From a virus, in the IMG/VR virus record IMGVR_UViG_3300036668_000241, positions 8,329-72,328 of that record: 64,000 nucleotides of DNA; one strand, written 5' to 3'. Positions 10,504-22,271 of the stretch are shown one piece after another. Numbering within the stretch: position 1 is the stretch's first letter; each line of letters opens with the position of its first letter. The notes under the pieces are model-generated. The model saw only the letters and a program-made list of their open reading frames with translations, was not told where the DNA came from and searched no databases. The translations under genes were made by a program, and so were the position numbers.

Positions 10504-13500
10504 TTAAGGTGCAGCAATGTAAGTCCCTGAAATAAATATTTTATCTCCTGAGTCTATCGCTATAGGGTTAGATCCAGTTACTGTGTTATTAGTAAGAGTT
10601 GTTTGTCCTGAGAAGTCCGCTTCTGAGACAAAAAGGTCAATTCTTGAAGTAAAAGAGCCTTTCTTTATAATTCCATAGATTATGTAGTCTGTGTTTGAAC
10701 TAGACTCTTCTAAGTACCCAGTAAAAACAAAAGTTTTGTCAATAGGTGCAAATGGAAGAGTTAGACCATATTGACCGGACCCAAAGTTAGTGACATCTGT
10801 AAAATTAACTTCTATAGAGAAAGTAATCATTGCTCCAACTACTACATACACTCCACTTGCTGGGGTCCCTGTAGATTCAAGAGAAGCTCCTACGTCTGTA
10901 AAAGTAGGTGTATAGGTTAGAGCATCTGCTTGAACACTTCCTGAAGGACCTGTAGGACCTAAAGGACCTGTTGGTCCAGTTACAGAATTTCCCTGATCAC
11001 CTGTTGGACCAGTAGATCCAGTTGGCCCAGTGGCAGTTGACGGATCTCCTTGAGCACCTGTAGGACCTAAAGGACCTGTTGGTCCAGTTGGACCAGTAAC
11101 ATTGGATGCGTTTCCTGTAGGTCCTGTCGGACCTGTAGAACCAGTTGGACCCTCTACTGTTGAAGGTTGAGTAGATACTGGTCCAGTTGGGCCTGTGGGC
11201 CCTGTTGGGCCAATATCAGCGGAGGCAGCTTCAACCCAAAAGTTGTCGAAGTAGACATATGTTTTCCCGATTGAAGTGTCAAACCATGCGTCGCCAACAT
11301 AAGGATTGATAGGGGGAGTGTCTGATGCAAGAGTAAATGTCCCTATAGGGCCAGTTGATCCTGTCGGGCCTGTTGGTCCTGGAGCTGTTGAAGGTTCGGT
11401 AGAGACCGGGCCAGTTGGTCCAGTTGGTCCAGTTGGTCCAGTTGATCCAGTTGGTCCTCTATAACCCGTTGGGCCAGTGACCGTTGATGCTGCACCAGTC
11501 GAACCTGTTGGCCCGAGAGGTCCTAGTGGACCAGTGGGTCCAATTGGAGCGGCTCCTGTTTCAATCCAATATCCGTCATAGTAAACAAATATTTTTCCTG
11601 TTGTGCTATTGAACCATGCGTCTCCTATTTGCGGGTCAGCTGGAGGAATATCTGCTGAAATAGTGAACTGTCCTGAAGGTCCGGTTGGTCCTGCAATGCT
11701 TGAGTCAGCACCTGTTGGACCGGTAGGTCCGGTTGGGCCTTCAATATTCCCAACGTTGTCCCACTCTTGATTTACGTCATCCCAGACGAAAAGATTTCCG
11801 TCTATGAGGTACCCATCGCCGGGAGACCCTGTTAAAGGGAGTTCGCTTATGTCAGCAAGACTGCCAAGAATGGTTATTCCAGTACCTTGAATACCTTGCG
11901 AACCTGTGGGACCTGTGGGACCTGTAAGTCCTGTAGGACCAGTTACCGTAGAAGGAGCACCAATGGGACCTGTAGATCCTGTCGGACCTATATCTCCTGT
12001 TGAGCCAGTAGGTCCTGTCTCTCCAATCGAGCCTGTTGGTCCTGTTGAACCCGTTGGGCCTAGAGGTCCTGTAGGTCCTAAATCTCCAGTAGGTCCTGTA
12101 ACATTCGAATCTGCTCCAGTTGCACCTGTTGATCCTGTTGGGCCTAAATCCCCCGTTGGCCCAGTTGTCCCAACTAATCCTGTTGAGCCAGTAGGTCCTG
12201 TCGGACCTATATCTCCTGTTGAGCCAGTAGGTCCTGTCGGACCTATATCTCCTGTTGAGCCAGTAGGTCCTGTAACAGTTGATGCTGCACCAGTCGAACC
12301 TGTTGGCCCGAGAGGTCCTGTAGGTCCTGTAACAGTTGATGCAGCACCAGTCGAACCTATAGGGCCCGTGGGTCCAATTGAACCCGTAGGACCTGTAACT
12401 ATGCTGTCTGCGCCCGTTGGACCTAAAGGACCTTGCGAACCAGTAGGACCTGTAGGACCCTGTGAACCTGTAGGTCCTGTAACACCTTGAATACCTTGTG
12501 GACCAACATCTCCTGTACGAGCAAAGGTAATAATAATGTCTTCGTTGTTGTCAAAGCTTGATGCAAGACCAGACACCCACGAAACAGGAACTTTAAAATA
12601 TCCAGCTGCTTCTGTGATACTGCCAGTAATAGAAAAAAGTGCAAAGTCAGCAGTATTAGTTTTATTGCTAACTCGAAAGTGTCCTTTTAGTGGACTTGTT
12701 GAGTCATCAATTGTTTGAAGGAACGCTTGAATATCAATCGAGTTATCGTCTTCATCATCAATAAAAAGGAAATTAGCAAGCGTTACGTTTGCATTATTAA
12801 ATCTAAGTTTTCCTGTGCCAGGATCTGTATCACTGACAGAAGTATTAAACGTGTAGTCAAAGCTTGCTCCACCAAACACACCTGCGGGACCTTGTGTACC
12901 TGTTGCTCCAGTAGGTCCCTGTGAGCCTGTAGGTCCTGCAATACCCGTTGGGCCTGTAGGTCCTTGAACAGTGCTTGCTGCACCTGTTGGACCAGTCGAA
13001 CCTGTTGGCCCGAGAGGCCCAGTTGGTCCTGTAACAGTAGAGTTAGCACCTGTTAATCCTGTAGAACCAGTTGGTCCTGTAGCACCTTGTAAACCTGTTG
13101 GTCCCTGAATACCTATTGATCCAGTTGCACCAGTTGATCCTGTAGAACCAGTTGATCCTGTAGCACCTGTAGCACCTTGTGAACCTGTAACGCCTTGCGG
13201 ACCTATATCTCCTGTTGAGCCGGTAGGTCCTGGAGTAGTAGATATTGCACCAGTTGGTCCTGTTGGTCCTGTAACAGTTGATGCTGCACCTGTTGATCCA
13301 GTTACACCCTGTGGTCCTGTGTTGCCTATAGGACCCTGTGAACCTGTAGGTCCTGTAACACCTTGAATACCTTGTGGTCCGATATCACCTGTACGAGCAA
13401 AGGTAATAATAATGTCTTCGTTATTACTAAACTCTGTTGCTAATCCATTTAAATATGAAATAGGAATTGTAAAATATCCAGAATTTTCATTAATACTTCC

Positions 13501-15870
13501 AGTAATAGCAAACATTGCAAAATCTGAAGTGTTTGTTTTATTGCTAATTCTTATATGACCCTTGATTGGGCTTGTAGAATCATCAATAGTTCTTAGAAAA
13601 ACTTGAACATCAATTGCACCATCAGACTCGTCGTCAATAAACATGTTGCTAGACAATTGAAGATCTGCATTATTAAATCTAAGTTTTCCTGTGCCAGGAT
13701 CTGAGTCTGCAGTGCTACTGTTGAATGTATAGTCAAAGCTTGCTCCACCAAACACACCTGCGGGACCTTGTGTACCTGTTGCTCCAGTAGGTCCCTGTGA
13801 GCCTGTAGGTCCTGCAATACCCGTTGGGCCTGTAGGTCCTTGAACAGTGCTTGCTGCACCTGTTGGACCAGTCGAACCTGTTGGCCCGAGAGGCCCAGTT
13901 GGTCCTGTAACAGTAGAGTTAGCACCTGTTAATCCTGTAGAACCAGTTGGTCCTGTAGCACCTGTGGGACCTGTAAATCCTGTAGTACCTGTTGCGCCTG
14001 TCAACCCTGTAGGTCCAGTGACACCAATTAATCCTTGAGCACCTGTAGGTCCGGTTACTGTACTGGCAGCACCAGTAGCACCAATTAATCCTTGAGCACC
14101 TGTAGGTCCTTGAATTCCATCAGGACCCCTAAGACCTGTCGGACCTGTAACACCCTGACCTCCAGCTACTCCGGTAGGTCCAGTAGAACCAGTTGCTCCA
14201 TTAGCTCCAGGTTGACCAACAGCACCAGTAGGTCCAGTCCCGCCTGCAACACCTGTAGGTCCTGCTACACCTGCGGCACCTGTTGCACCAGCAGACCCAG
14301 GTTGGCCAACAGCACCTGTTGATCCTGTAGGACCTGTTACTGTCGAGGCTGCACCTGTTGGACCTGTAGGACCAGTAACACCCTGAGTACCCGCTGGACC
14401 CGTTACTGTCGAGGCTGCACCTGTTGGACCTTGCAAACCTGTTGCACCTGTTGCGCCTGTTGCACCTATAGAACCGTTAGTACCCGCTGGGCCCTGGGAT
14501 CCGGTAGGCCCTTGAGCCCCTGTTGGGCCAGCAACACCTTGTGCACCAGCAGAACCGGTAGAACCCGTTGGTCCGGTTACATTAGAGTCAGCACCCTGAG
14601 AGCCAGTAGGACCTGTTATACCAATAGATCCGGTTGCACCTGTTGGGCCTTGCGGTCCCATGTCTCCTGTGCGAGCAAAAGTAATAACGACATCTTCAGC
14701 AGAAGAAAAGTTAGCTGCCAGTCCGCTAACGTATGAAACAGGAACTTTGAAGTATCCTGTTGTTTCAGTTATAGTTCCAGTAATAGCAAAGAATGCAAAA
14801 TCATTTGCATCCTGTTTGTTAGCAACACGAAGGTGTCCTTTTATAGGAGAAGTGCTGTCATCAATTGTTCGCAAGAAAGCTTGAATGTCTATTGATCCAT
14901 CGGCTTCGTCATCAATAAACATAAATGTTGCGACAGGTAGACTTGCTTGGTTAAATTTTAAAGTTCCTGTTCCTGGATCAGAATCGTCTGTCTGAGTAGA
15001 GAACGTGTAGTCAAATGTTGCTCCGCCAAAAGATCCTGCTGCACCTGTTGCTCCAGTTGGTCCTTGAGTCCCTACTGCTCCGGTAGGTCCTGCAATACCC
15101 GTTGGGCCTGTAGGTCCGGGAGTAGTACTTACTGCTCCAGTAGGGCCAGTGGTCCCTTCAGGTCCTTGAACTCCCGTAGGACCTAGATTGCCTTGAATTC
15201 CCTGAACACCCTGTGGTCCTGTTACACCCTGTGGCCCTGTTACTCCTTGAGCACCTGTTGGACCTGTTAATCCTTGTGCTCCTATTGAGCCTGTGGGCCC
15301 GGTAAAGGGACCAACATTTTCCCAAGAAGATGTCTCTGTACTCCAGATATATAGGTTTAACCCAACAACATACGCATCACCAGCAGCACCTGTAGGGTGT
15401 GCAGTAGTTAGTGCACTCTCTGTTGCGTACTCTCCTAAAAGTTGAAAAGAATACCCGGCAGGTCCCGTTGGTCCTTGAGGCCCTAATGGTCCTCGCGCAA
15501 TGCCTGAACCGGCTGGCGTTACTGTAGATGGATCTGCAGTGTCGAGACGAGTAATGTCAACATCGCTCTCGTCACCTATAGGTAGATAGAATCTAAACTC
15601 GTAGGGCCTAGCACCTCTAATGCGAATTCTGGCGGTGTAGTACCAACCACGAGGACTTAAATCCCGATCGTCCGTGCAAGGAAGCTCTACCGAAAATTCA
15701 CCGTTAGCATTGAGTGTTGCTTGAACGGGACCAGAAAGAATTACCGCGTCATCAAGATCTTCAATACGACTAGACGCATTAAAAGTGATTGTCCCCGAGG
15801 CAGCTAGACCGTTCACTTTTGTGAATTGGCCAACAACTACTCTCGTGGATACGTCAACAGGGTAACTCAT
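10504..15870 (-). CDS. Large collagen-like tail fibre protein (1788 aa)
   Basis: Extensive G-X-T triplets, three copies of a FGGA.FDYTF...IITFARTGD domain, N-terminus like an actinophage minor-tail domain. Confidence 0.85.
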   Translation of the reverse strand: MSYPVDVSTRVVVGQFTKVNGLAASGTITFNASSRIEDLDDAVILSGPVQATLNANGEFSVELPCTDDRDLSPRGWYYTARIRIRGARPYEFRFYLPIGDESDVDITRLDTADPSTVTPAGSGIARGPLGPQGPTGPAGYSFQLLGEYATESALTTAHPTGAAGDAYVVGLNLYIWSTETSSWENVGPFTGPTGSIGAQGLTGPTGAQGVTGPQGVTGPQGVQGIQGNLGPTGVQGPEGTTGPTGAVSTTPGPTGPTGIAGPTGAVGTQGPTGATGAAGSFGGATFDYTFSTQTDDSDPGTGTLKFNQASLPVATFMFIDDEADGSIDIQAFLRTIDDSTSPIKGHLRVANKQDANDFAFFAITGTITETTGYFKVPVSYVSGLAANFSSAEDVVITFARTGDMGPQGPTGATGSIGITGPTGSQGADSNVTGPTGSTGSAGAQGVAGPTGAQGPTGSQGPAGTNGSIGATGATGATGLQGPTGAASTVTGPAGTQGVTGPTGPTGAASTVTGPTGSTGAVGQPGSAGATGAAGVAGPTGVAGGTGPTGAVGQPGANGATGSTGPTGVAGGQGVTGPTGLRGPDGIQGPTGAQGLIGATGAASTVTGPTGAQGLIGVTGPTGLTGATGTTGFTGPTGATGPTGSTGLTGANSTVTGPTGPLGPTGSTGPTGAASTVQGPTGPTGIAGPTGSQGPTGATGTQGPAGVFGGASFDYTFNSSTADSDPGTGKLRFNNADLQLSSNMFIDDESDGAIDVQVFLRTIDDSTSPIKGHIRISNKTNTSDFAMFAITGSINENSGYFTIPISYLNGLATEFSNNEDIIITFARTGDIGPQGIQGVTGPTGSQGPIGNTGPQGVTGSTGAASTVTGPTGPTGAISTTPGPTGSTGDIGPQGVTGSQGATGATGSTGSTGSTGATGSIGIQGPTGLQGATGPTGSTGLTGANSTVTGPTGPLGPTGSTGPTGAASTVQGPTGPTGIAGPTGSQGPTGATGTQGPAGVFGGASFDYTFNTSVSDTDPGTGKLRFNNANVTLANFLFIDDEDDNSIDIQAFLQTIDDSTSPLKGHFRVSNKTNTADFALFSITGSITEAAGYFKVPVSWVSGLASSFDNNEDIIITFARTGDVGPQGIQGVTGPTGSQGPTGPTGSQGPLGPTGADSIVTGPTGSIGPTGPIGSTGAASTVTGPTGPLGPTGSTGAASTVTGPTGSTGDIGPTGPTGSTGDIGPTGPTGSTGLVGTTGPTGDLGPTGSTGATGADSNVTGPTGDLGPTGPLGPTGSTGPTGSIGETGPTGSTGDIGPTGSTGPIGAPSTVTGPTGLTGPTGPTGSQGIQGTGITILGSLADISELPLTGSPGDGYLIDGNLFVWDDVNQEWDNVGNIEGPTGPTGPTGADSSIAGPTGPSGQFTISADIPPADPQIGDAWFNSTTGKIFVYYDGYWIETGAAPIGPTGPLGPLGPTGSTGAASTVTGPTGYRGPTGSTGPTGPTGPTGPVSTEPSTAPGPTGPTGSTGPIGTFTLASDTPPINPYVGDAWFDTSIGKTYVYFDNFWVEAASADIGPTGPTGPTGPVSTQPSTVEGPTGSTGPTGPTGNASNVTGPTGPTGPLGPTGAQGDPSTATGPTGSTGPTGDQGNSVTGPTGPLGPTGPSGSVQADALTYTPTFTDVGASLESTGTPASGVYVVVGAMITFSIEVNFTDVTNFGSGQYGLTLPFAPIDKTFVFTGYLEESSSNTDYIIYGIIKKGSFTSRIDLFVSEADFSGQTTLTNNTVTGSNPIAIDSGDKIFISGTYIAAP
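12854..13963. repeat. 234-bp identical direct repeat (12854-13087 and 13730-13963) inside an 876-bp tandem duplication
   Basis: Direct base comparison; alternative-frame ORFs at 12783 and 13593 share an identical peptide. Confidence 0.85.
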
Positions 15871-15982
15871 ACACTCTCCAGCTCAGGCAGGTTGAAGAGA
15901 CTGAGGTTCTCAGTCTACTGGTACCATAAGTATTGTACGATCTTTTCGAGTATGCGAGATTCAAAAAAGGTCTAAATATCGC

Positions 15983-17185
15983 TTAAAGATGTGTTGATAT
16001 GATACTAATGTCTTTCCTTGGGTCGTGCCCGGCACCAATTACTAGGGACAAAATACCTGTAGAAGACTCTAAACCTTGACGATCCCTAAACCATGCAGAT
16101 CCAGGATCTGTAGTCGGGGCTTGTAGCCAGAATCGTTGACCTATATCCATAGTTTTGAAGTTATGAAAGTGTCCTGAGATCCACAAGTCAGCCATCCCTA
16201 AAGAGGTTTGACCGGCTGCTTGGCCAGATAGATATTTAATAACGTCTCTTCCGGCTTGATGCCCATGAAAAAGACCAAGCATTGTTCCATTAACGTCTAC
16301 GGTTAATGTCTGATGATCTTTGTCCGGATATCGGAATTCAATATGAGATAGTGATGGATTTTCCGCGCAAGCGTCTTGACATGCACTGGCAATCTCTACG
16401 TTCCAGCCGTCTGAGGGGTCTGCAATTACTTGTCTAGTAACTTCATCGTGATTACCGTTTACGACCGGGATGATCATTCTGTCGCACAAAGGAGCAAAGG
16501 CCTTAATTTGTGCCATAAGAAGTCTTCGTGCAACCCTTGTCTGCTCTGTTAGTCCTAAATCAGACGCAGCTTGAGACTGTAGTTTTCCATTTTGAGAGAC
16601 GTTACCTTCGACATGATCTCCAGGGAGGCCAATAACTATTGTCCCTATGTTTCGTCCAATTTTACGCAAATCCCTGAGCCGTTCTACGCCACCCTCAGTA
16701 CCGTTAAGAATCCGCTGAATAGATTGCTCTGTCCCACCGTTTCCGGTTTTTTTACCGATTTGCTGGTCGCTAGGTGCAAATACATATGCTAGGTCACCGG
16801 ACTTAAACTTTTCTGACTTTCTTGGACGCCATTTAGATACCTCATCAATTAGCTTCTCTACATCTAAATCGGTTTCTACATACATTTGCGCCGGTTGTAC
16901 AGAAACTCTAAAAGCCTCAAGCCATTCTCCTGAGTGACTCTGCCAACGAGATCTACGTAGTCCTACTACTTTCCACGACTCTGGGTTGAGATCAAACTCT
17001 TCTAAAATACCAGCAGCATCTGGCATTTCTCCAGCGTGTCGGGGGGTGGATATTAAAAATCCACCTTCAGCGTCTATTTCCATACGAGGACGCCACGACT
17101 CGGGGGTATTTAATGCTTTTACATCTGAGCCGCGTTTACCGGGGCTGGCTAGACGTTCTAAACGATTTGAAAGACTTTCATTCAT
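15983..17185 (-). CDS. Calcineurin-like metallophosphoesterase/nuclease (Mre11-like fold)
   Basis: SDQQIGK, GDHVEG, GNHD, FHGH and GHFH motifs; start MNESL overlaps the upstream stop. Confidence 0.8.
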   Translation of the reverse strand: MNESLSNRLERLASPGKRGSDVKALNTPESWRPRMEIDAEGGFLISTPRHAGEMPDAAGILEEFDLNPESWKVVGLRRSRWQSHSGEWLEAFRVSVQPAQMYVETDLDVEKLIDEVSKWRPRKSEKFKSGDLAYVFAPSDQQIGKKTGNGGTEQSIQRILNGTEGGVERLRDLRKIGRNIGTIVIGLPGDHVEGNVSQNGKLQSQAASDLGLTEQTRVARRLLMAQIKAFAPLCDRMIIPVVNGNHDEVTRQVIADPSDGWNVEIASACQDACAENPSLSHIEFRYPDKDHQTLTVDVNGTMLGLFHGHQAGRDVIKYLSGQAAGQTSLGMADLWISGHFHNFKTMDIGQRFWLQAPTTDPGSAWFRDRQGLESSTGILSLVIGAGHDPRKDISIISTHL

Positions 17186-17454
17186 ACGGATTGACTCTTT
17201 CGAACATCTCTGCCGATAAAGCACCGGCAGTTGTTTCTACGATGTAATGCTACAGATGAGTAGGCAATATCATAACCTTCATCAAGAAGTACTTGATGAA
17301 GTTGAACATTTGAAATGTTTCGTGGTTCGTCGAAAAGCACACTGTTTAAGGCTTTTTGATCACTCTCTGAGAGTTTTTCGAGGACTCGTGATACACCACA
17401 AGGGAGTCCAGACTTTTTTGGCTTTACTTCTGCAAGTCTCTTAGCAAGACTCAT
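17182..17454 (-). CDS. Small Cys/His protein, putative Zn-binding DNA-binding protein
   Basis: PCGV...HRRNNCRC; translationally coupled to the phosphoesterase. Confidence 0.6.
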   Translation of the reverse strand: MSLAKRLAEVKPKKSGLPCGVSRVLEKLSESDQKALNSVLFDEPRNISNVQLHQVLLDEGYDIAYSSVALHRRNNCRCFIGRDVRKSQSV

Positions 17455-17564
17455 ATCTACCTCTTCTGTAACTGCGTTATCTACTCAAGTAGTAAGAGTT
17501 GACACGACTTAACGGGTATCAGCAACCCCAACAGTAACAGAAGAATTAAGAAAATTACAGTAGT

Positions 17565-17945
17565 TTACTCATCTTTAATAAGATTTTTAAGTAATAGTCC
17601 CCAAGTTTCCCTATTGTCTTGATGCAAATCCGTGATCATTCCCTCTGAACGCTTAATATCTTCCTTTAAATCTGCTAGAGTGTATTCTAGCTTTTCAACT
17701 CTTCGAGAGATGTCTGGGAGACTATAGCCACCATTTGCTGTAGGTTGAATAGGCTTTGTGTATTCTATAACTTCTTCTTTGATAGTCTTTCTAAGCTGCT
17801 TTAGCCACCACCGGCCAAGTCCTGTTACAGCACCTATAACGGCAACAATAAATGCAAGAATTACTGCAAGATCTCCTACATCAACCTGACCTTGACTATT
17901 AGGTTCCCACCACGACTGGGACAGTAGTTCAAACATCACAGACAT
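17565..17945 (-). CDS. Single-TM membrane protein with coiled coil
   Basis: Hydrophobic LAVILAFIVAVIGAVTGL followed by a charged coiled coil. Confidence 0.6.
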   Translation of the reverse strand: MSVMFELLSQSWWEPNSQGQVDVGDLAVILAFIVAVIGAVTGLGRWWLKQLRKTIKEEVIEYTKPIQPTANGGYSLPDISRRVEKLEYTLADLKEDIKRSEGMITDLHQDNRETWGLLLKNLIKDE

Positions 17946-18172
17946 GTAATTCCAATCTAGATAGGTGTAGAAGGTTTTAGTCGTTAGCTGGACTTATATC
18001 CTTCTTAATGCTAGGGTCTCGACACTAACAATTCAAAATATTTTTACCTGAATTATTAATCTCTTATACTATTTTAACCCGCTTGATAAGATCTAATTTC
18101 CAAAGTGACTACTATAGATGGGGACAAAGTGATAAACTGGCAACTTACGAAAAATTTGATTGGTGACAATAT

Positions 18173-20812
18173 ATGAGTGATTGGGAAGAAGCCGATAACG
18201 GTAGAGTAGCCGATGGTGCTATGTGGTACGCAAGTCAGGGCTGGAAGGTTCTTCCTTGTTATGGGATTGTTGGGGGACGTTGTACATGCAACAGCACGCA
18301 CTCTGAACCGAAAGATGTTGGCAAACACCCAAAGCTTCCTGACTGGAGTACTGCTGCCTCGTCCGATGTAGATACTGTTCGTAAGTGGTGGGAAAGCGCC
18401 CCTGAATCGAACGTTGGTATCTACTGTAAAGGTTCGGGATTTCTTGTTATTGATATTGATCCAAGAAACGGCGGACCAGACTCCTTCGATAAATTTGAAG
18501 AACTCGTTGACGGGGAGCTTCCTATAACAGTGGAAGCAATTACTGGATCATACAATATTAATGGCCATCAAAGTAGGGGACGTCATCTTTTCTACAAATG
18601 TAATGAAGATGAACAGCTTCTTGGTAATTTAAATAAGTCTGGGCTAAAAGGTATTGATATCAAGCACAATGGGTATGTACTTGTTGCTCCCTCTAGACAT
18701 TTCTCAGGAAATTGTTATGAATGGGTTGAAGGTAAGGCTCCGTGGGAGATAGAAATTGCAGACGCTCCTGAGCAACTTTTAAACTCTTTAAGGAAGAGGT
18801 CTAGAAAAGCTACGTCTCTTGGTGAAAGCGATTGGTCTTCTATTTTTGGGGATCTAGATATTGGTAATGACCGAGTAGATATTGAAAGAATGCTTGAAGA
18901 AGGAATTGAAGAGGGCTCTCGAGCAGTAGATGTATACAAGATGACGTGTGCACTATCTAATAAATTTCCCGTGGCAACAGAAGTTGGTCGCATGGGAGTA
19001 GAAACTATGATGATTAGATTTAATGCTGAAAAGATTAGACCTCCGATGGATCTTGAAGGAAGCAACGGACTTCTTATGCACGTTCGTAACGCTATTAATT
19101 TTGTTCTTGATAACCCAAAAAGTGAGCGCATGTGGCCGGGGATTAGTAACTTTCAAAAAGACTGGGCCAATAAATCTACAAATGAGGCCAAACTTTCCAC
19201 AGAAAAAATTGAAAGAAAAATGATTCAGCCGATAACTGGTGTAGTTATGCCTAAGGAATACCCTGCTCAATTAGCGGGAACTGTTGGCGGAAAAGTGATT
19301 GAAAATCTCCAAGATATGGACTCGGTAGCTGATGCCGTAACACGCGGGAACATTGATATTCCTAAAGATCCTGACGCTCTTTTCGAAGAAGACGGTGGTG
19401 AGCCGGGCAAAAGAACTCTTTCTGATACTGGAAATGGTCGTAGATTAATTGACACATTCGGAACTGCAGTTCGATATACCCCCGGTCTTGGGTGGTTTCA
19501 TTGGTCTCAAGGGTATTGGAAGCCTGACGTAGAAGCACTAGAATTGCAAGAACTTTCTAAAAGACTCTCACCTATTATTGCTGCCGAAGTAGTTAATTAT
19601 GAGGATCCTGACAAGCAGGGTGAAGTAGTACGTTGGGCTATGCAATCAAAGTCTAATTCAAGAATAAAAGGAGCCATCGAAAATGCTAACTCTGACCCTA
19701 GAGTCTTAGTTGGTGTTGATCGTTGGGACGCAGATCAAAATTTATTTGGAGTAAGCAATGGCGTTATTGACCTCAAAACTGGTGAACTACTTCGCGGTCG
19801 TCCAGACCTCTACATTACTCGTCGTGCTCCTGTCGCCTACTCTCCTGGGATGCGAAATATCCGTTGGGAACAATTCCTAGACTTTGCAACAGACGGCGAT
19901 AAAGAATATCAAGACTGGCTGCAACGAGCAGCTGGGTACACTCTTACAGGCTCAAGTAAATACGACATCATGTTTCTAGTTTACGGTCCTCCAGGGTCTG
20001 GTAAAAATACTTTTGTTGAAGCTCTTGTAAAGGCTCTTGGTACTCAAGAATACGCATGGCCTCTGGATTCAAGTATTCTTGCTGCAAATGACGGACAATC
20101 AAACAGTTCAGATTTGTATCACTGGGCAATGCTTCGTGGTCGTCGTATGGTATGGGTTGATGAGCTTCCCGACTCTGAGCGACTAAAAGAGAACGCAGTA
20201 AAGAAGTTAACAGGTTCTTCTGAAATCTCTGCTCGATCACCAGGAGAAAAACCATTTACATTTGCCTCGCAAGCCAAGTTATGGGTGTCTACAAACCATA
20301 GGCCTATTATTACTGATGATGCCATGTGGCGACGTATTAGACCGATTCCGTTTACATGTATCCCCGAGGTCCCCGATCCAGACTTAAAAGAATATATCTT
20401 TGACCCAGAGGGTGCGCTACCTGCGGTACTTTCGTGGGCGGTTGAAGGAGCAATTAAATTACTTGGATCTTCCGCTAGAGATGGTCTCGGTTGGTGCACT
20501 CGGGTAGCAGAAGCTGCTGATATGTATAGAAAAAATGAAGATCGTATTGGAATTTTCTTTGATGAAGAAACTAATCAATCAGAAGGTGCCTCTGTCCCAG
20601 TTAAATCTATCTATACCCTCTACAGAATGTGGTCAGAAGAGCGTGGAGAAAGAGCTATGACTCAGATTGCATTCCAAAGAAAACTTGCAGACAGGAATAT
20701 GAATGTGGTAGGTCTAGGATCTAGAGCAATCATTCATGGATATTCTTTAGCTCCACGATCAGTGGAGACTGAGACTGTTGACTGGGGAACATTAAGCAGA
20801 TTTGCAAGATAA
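18173..20812 (+). CDS. Bifunctional primase-polymerase fused to D5-like SF3 helicase
   Basis: N-terminal GKHP, NVG, VIDIDPRNGG, GRHLFY, GYVLVAPSRH; C-terminal SDTGNGRR, Walker A GPPGSGKNT, TNHRP, WRR. Confidence 0.93.
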   Translation: MSDWEEADNGRVADGAMWYASQGWKVLPCYGIVGGRCTCNSTHSEPKDVGKHPKLPDWSTAASSDVDTVRKWWESAPESNVGIYCKGSGFLVIDIDPRNGGPDSFDKFEELVDGELPITVEAITGSYNINGHQSRGRHLFYKCNEDEQLLGNLNKSGLKGIDIKHNGYVLVAPSRHFSGNCYEWVEGKAPWEIEIADAPEQLLNSLRKRSRKATSLGESDWSSIFGDLDIGNDRVDIERMLEEGIEEGSRAVDVYKMTCALSNKFPVATEVGRMGVETMMIRFNAEKIRPPMDLEGSNGLLMHVRNAINFVLDNPKSERMWPGISNFQKDWANKSTNEAKLSTEKIERKMIQPITGVVMPKEYPAQLAGTVGGKVIENLQDMDSVADAVTRGNIDIPKDPDALFEEDGGEPGKRTLSDTGNGRRLIDTFGTAVRYTPGLGWFHWSQGYWKPDVEALELQELSKRLSPIIAAEVVNYEDPDKQGEVVRWAMQSKSNSRIKGAIENANSDPRVLVGVDRWDADQNLFGVSNGVIDLKTGELLRGRPDLYITRRAPVAYSPGMRNIRWEQFLDFATDGDKEYQDWLQRAAGYTLTGSSKYDIMFLVYGPPGSGKNTFVEALVKALGTQEYAWPLDSSILAANDGQSNSSDLYHWAMLRGRRMVWVDELPDSERLKENAVKKLTGSSEISARSPGEKPFTFASQAKLWVSTNHRPIITDDAMWRRIRPIPFTCIPEVPDPDLKEYIFDPEGALPAVLSWAVEGAIKLLGSSARDGLGWCTRVAEAADMYRKNEDRIGIFFDEETNQSEGASVPVKSIYTLYRMWSEERGERAMTQIAFQRKLADRNMNVVGLGSRAIIHGYSLAPRSVETETVDWGTLSRFAR

Positions 20813-20838
20813 GAATCTGATACTAAGCAGCTTGCTAT

Positions 20839-22263
20839 TTATCGAGCAGTAAAAATTTTTCCACCACGGTTAGGTGGTTTCCCGGAGTCTCTAATGTTTG
20901 GGATTCTTCTTGCCGCTGAAGATTTAGCTGTAAGTTTTCCACCAGTAAACCCAGGAGGTGGCTTGATAAGTAGAGCTGTCATTGCATGGACCAGTGCATC
21001 TACTCGGTCAGGAGACTTCTTAGTCTCTTCAGGTATCCACGAAGTCATCTGAGATTCAAGATCTGTAAGATATCCAATGTGATGAATTCTTTGTTGTTCG
21101 TATGCAAGGACTACAGGTTCTGCTCGTAAAGCTTTTCCATACTTAGAGTGAACTTCTAATACTTTAACTCCAGGGTCTATTGAGTTAATAGCGTTTCTTA
21201 CTAATGCTCCACCTTGATTAACTTCAGCAACTACAGGAGCACCCCAACGACGAGCCATCTCTACAACTCTACTTGCCCATACTTCAGGGGACCCATGAAT
21301 AGAAGCATCTTCCATAACCCACGCGTTGCGTTTGTATAAATCTCGATCTGCAGTTGCTGCGCACACAACAATTCCACATTCGTCTCGAGGATTCTCTGCT
21401 ACAGATGGGTCTACTCCAATACATCTAAGAGGTGCGGATGCAGGGAGCATCCCATGACGAGATTCTTCAATCATTTCAATTGTCCAGAGTGCTCCTTCAA
21501 CATCGCTCAGCATTTCTCCATAGAGTTCTTGCTGCGCAAGACGAGTTCCTTCGTAAACACCCATGATTGACTCAAGGTATGCCTCTGATAGGTTTCCAGC
21601 GTTGTCTAGGGTGCTACCTTTTGATATATAAACTTTACCTGTTCTCTCCGACTCTGCTAGTAGTGAATACAGAATCGGCACACGTTTAGGAGTAGTAGTT
21701 GCAATAATTTGCGGGTGTGGGCCAAGACGAGTTGCAACTCGTAAGTTATCCCAAGATGTCATACCTGCTGCGTCAGGGGACTGTCGCCACGCTGCTAGTT
21801 CATCTGCCCATGAATAGTTAGCCTGGACACCACGGAGGCCGTCAGGCTCATCAGCAGTAGCGAGTAGTGCGGTATTCCCGTTAGGCCATGTAAGACGACG
21901 CTTAGAGGGTTCGTAGTGCGGTCTTTCGGAAGGAGGAGATATATCTAATATGCCAGAGTTACCTTCAACGATTACATCTCGAACGTCAGCAGCAGTACGA
22001 GCAACCAAAAGAAATCTTAATTGACCCTCGTTTGTTAGTTTTGCTCGATCTCGTACCCACTCGGCGGCGGAACGTGTTTTTCCGCTTCCACGGCCCGCAA
22101 GATAAAGCCATACATTCCAGTCAAATCCGTCAGGAGGACGTTGCTCTGGACGCGCCCATGCAGACCAATCCCACATAAGCGCATCCATATCGACACCAGC
22201 AAGAATCGCTTCTCGTTCTTCTTTAGGCAGTGAGGCAAGCTGCTCCATCATGCTTTGGGCCAT
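20839..22263 (-). CDS. terL: Terminase large subunit
   Basis: AGRGSGKT Walker A, WADELAAW Walker B, TTTP motif C, GVDP and SPDRVDA nuclease motifs. Confidence 0.93.
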   Translation of the reverse strand: MAQSMMEQLASLPKEEREAILAGVDMDALMWDWSAWARPEQRPPDGFDWNVWLYLAGRGSGKTRSAAEWVRDRAKLTNEGQLRFLLVARTAADVRDVIVEGNSGILDISPPSERPHYEPSKRRLTWPNGNTALLATADEPDGLRGVQANYSWADELAAWRQSPDAAGMTSWDNLRVATRLGPHPQIIATTTPKRVPILYSLLAESERTGKVYISKGSTLDNAGNLSEAYLESIMGVYEGTRLAQQELYGEMLSDVEGALWTIEMIEESRHGMLPASAPLRCIGVDPSVAENPRDECGIVVCAATADRDLYKRNAWVMEDASIHGSPEVWASRVVEMARRWGAPVVAEVNQGGALVRNAINSIDPGVKVLEVHSKYGKALRAEPVVLAYEQQRIHHIGYLTDLESQMTSWIPEETKKSPDRVDALVHAMTALLIKPPPGFTGGKLTAKSSAARRIPNIRDSGKPPNRGGKIFTAR

Positions 22264-22271
22264 ATCACCTA

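Noticed and set aside
12854-13963. Identical repeat as a diversity-generating retroelement TR/VR pair
   Set aside because: No adenine-specific mismatches, both copies in frame within collagen, no reverse transcriptase in the window
4791-14884. Plus-strand PVGPVGP ORFs and alternative-frame LQDLQ ORFs
   Set aside because: Shadows of the collagen genes caused by triplet periodicity
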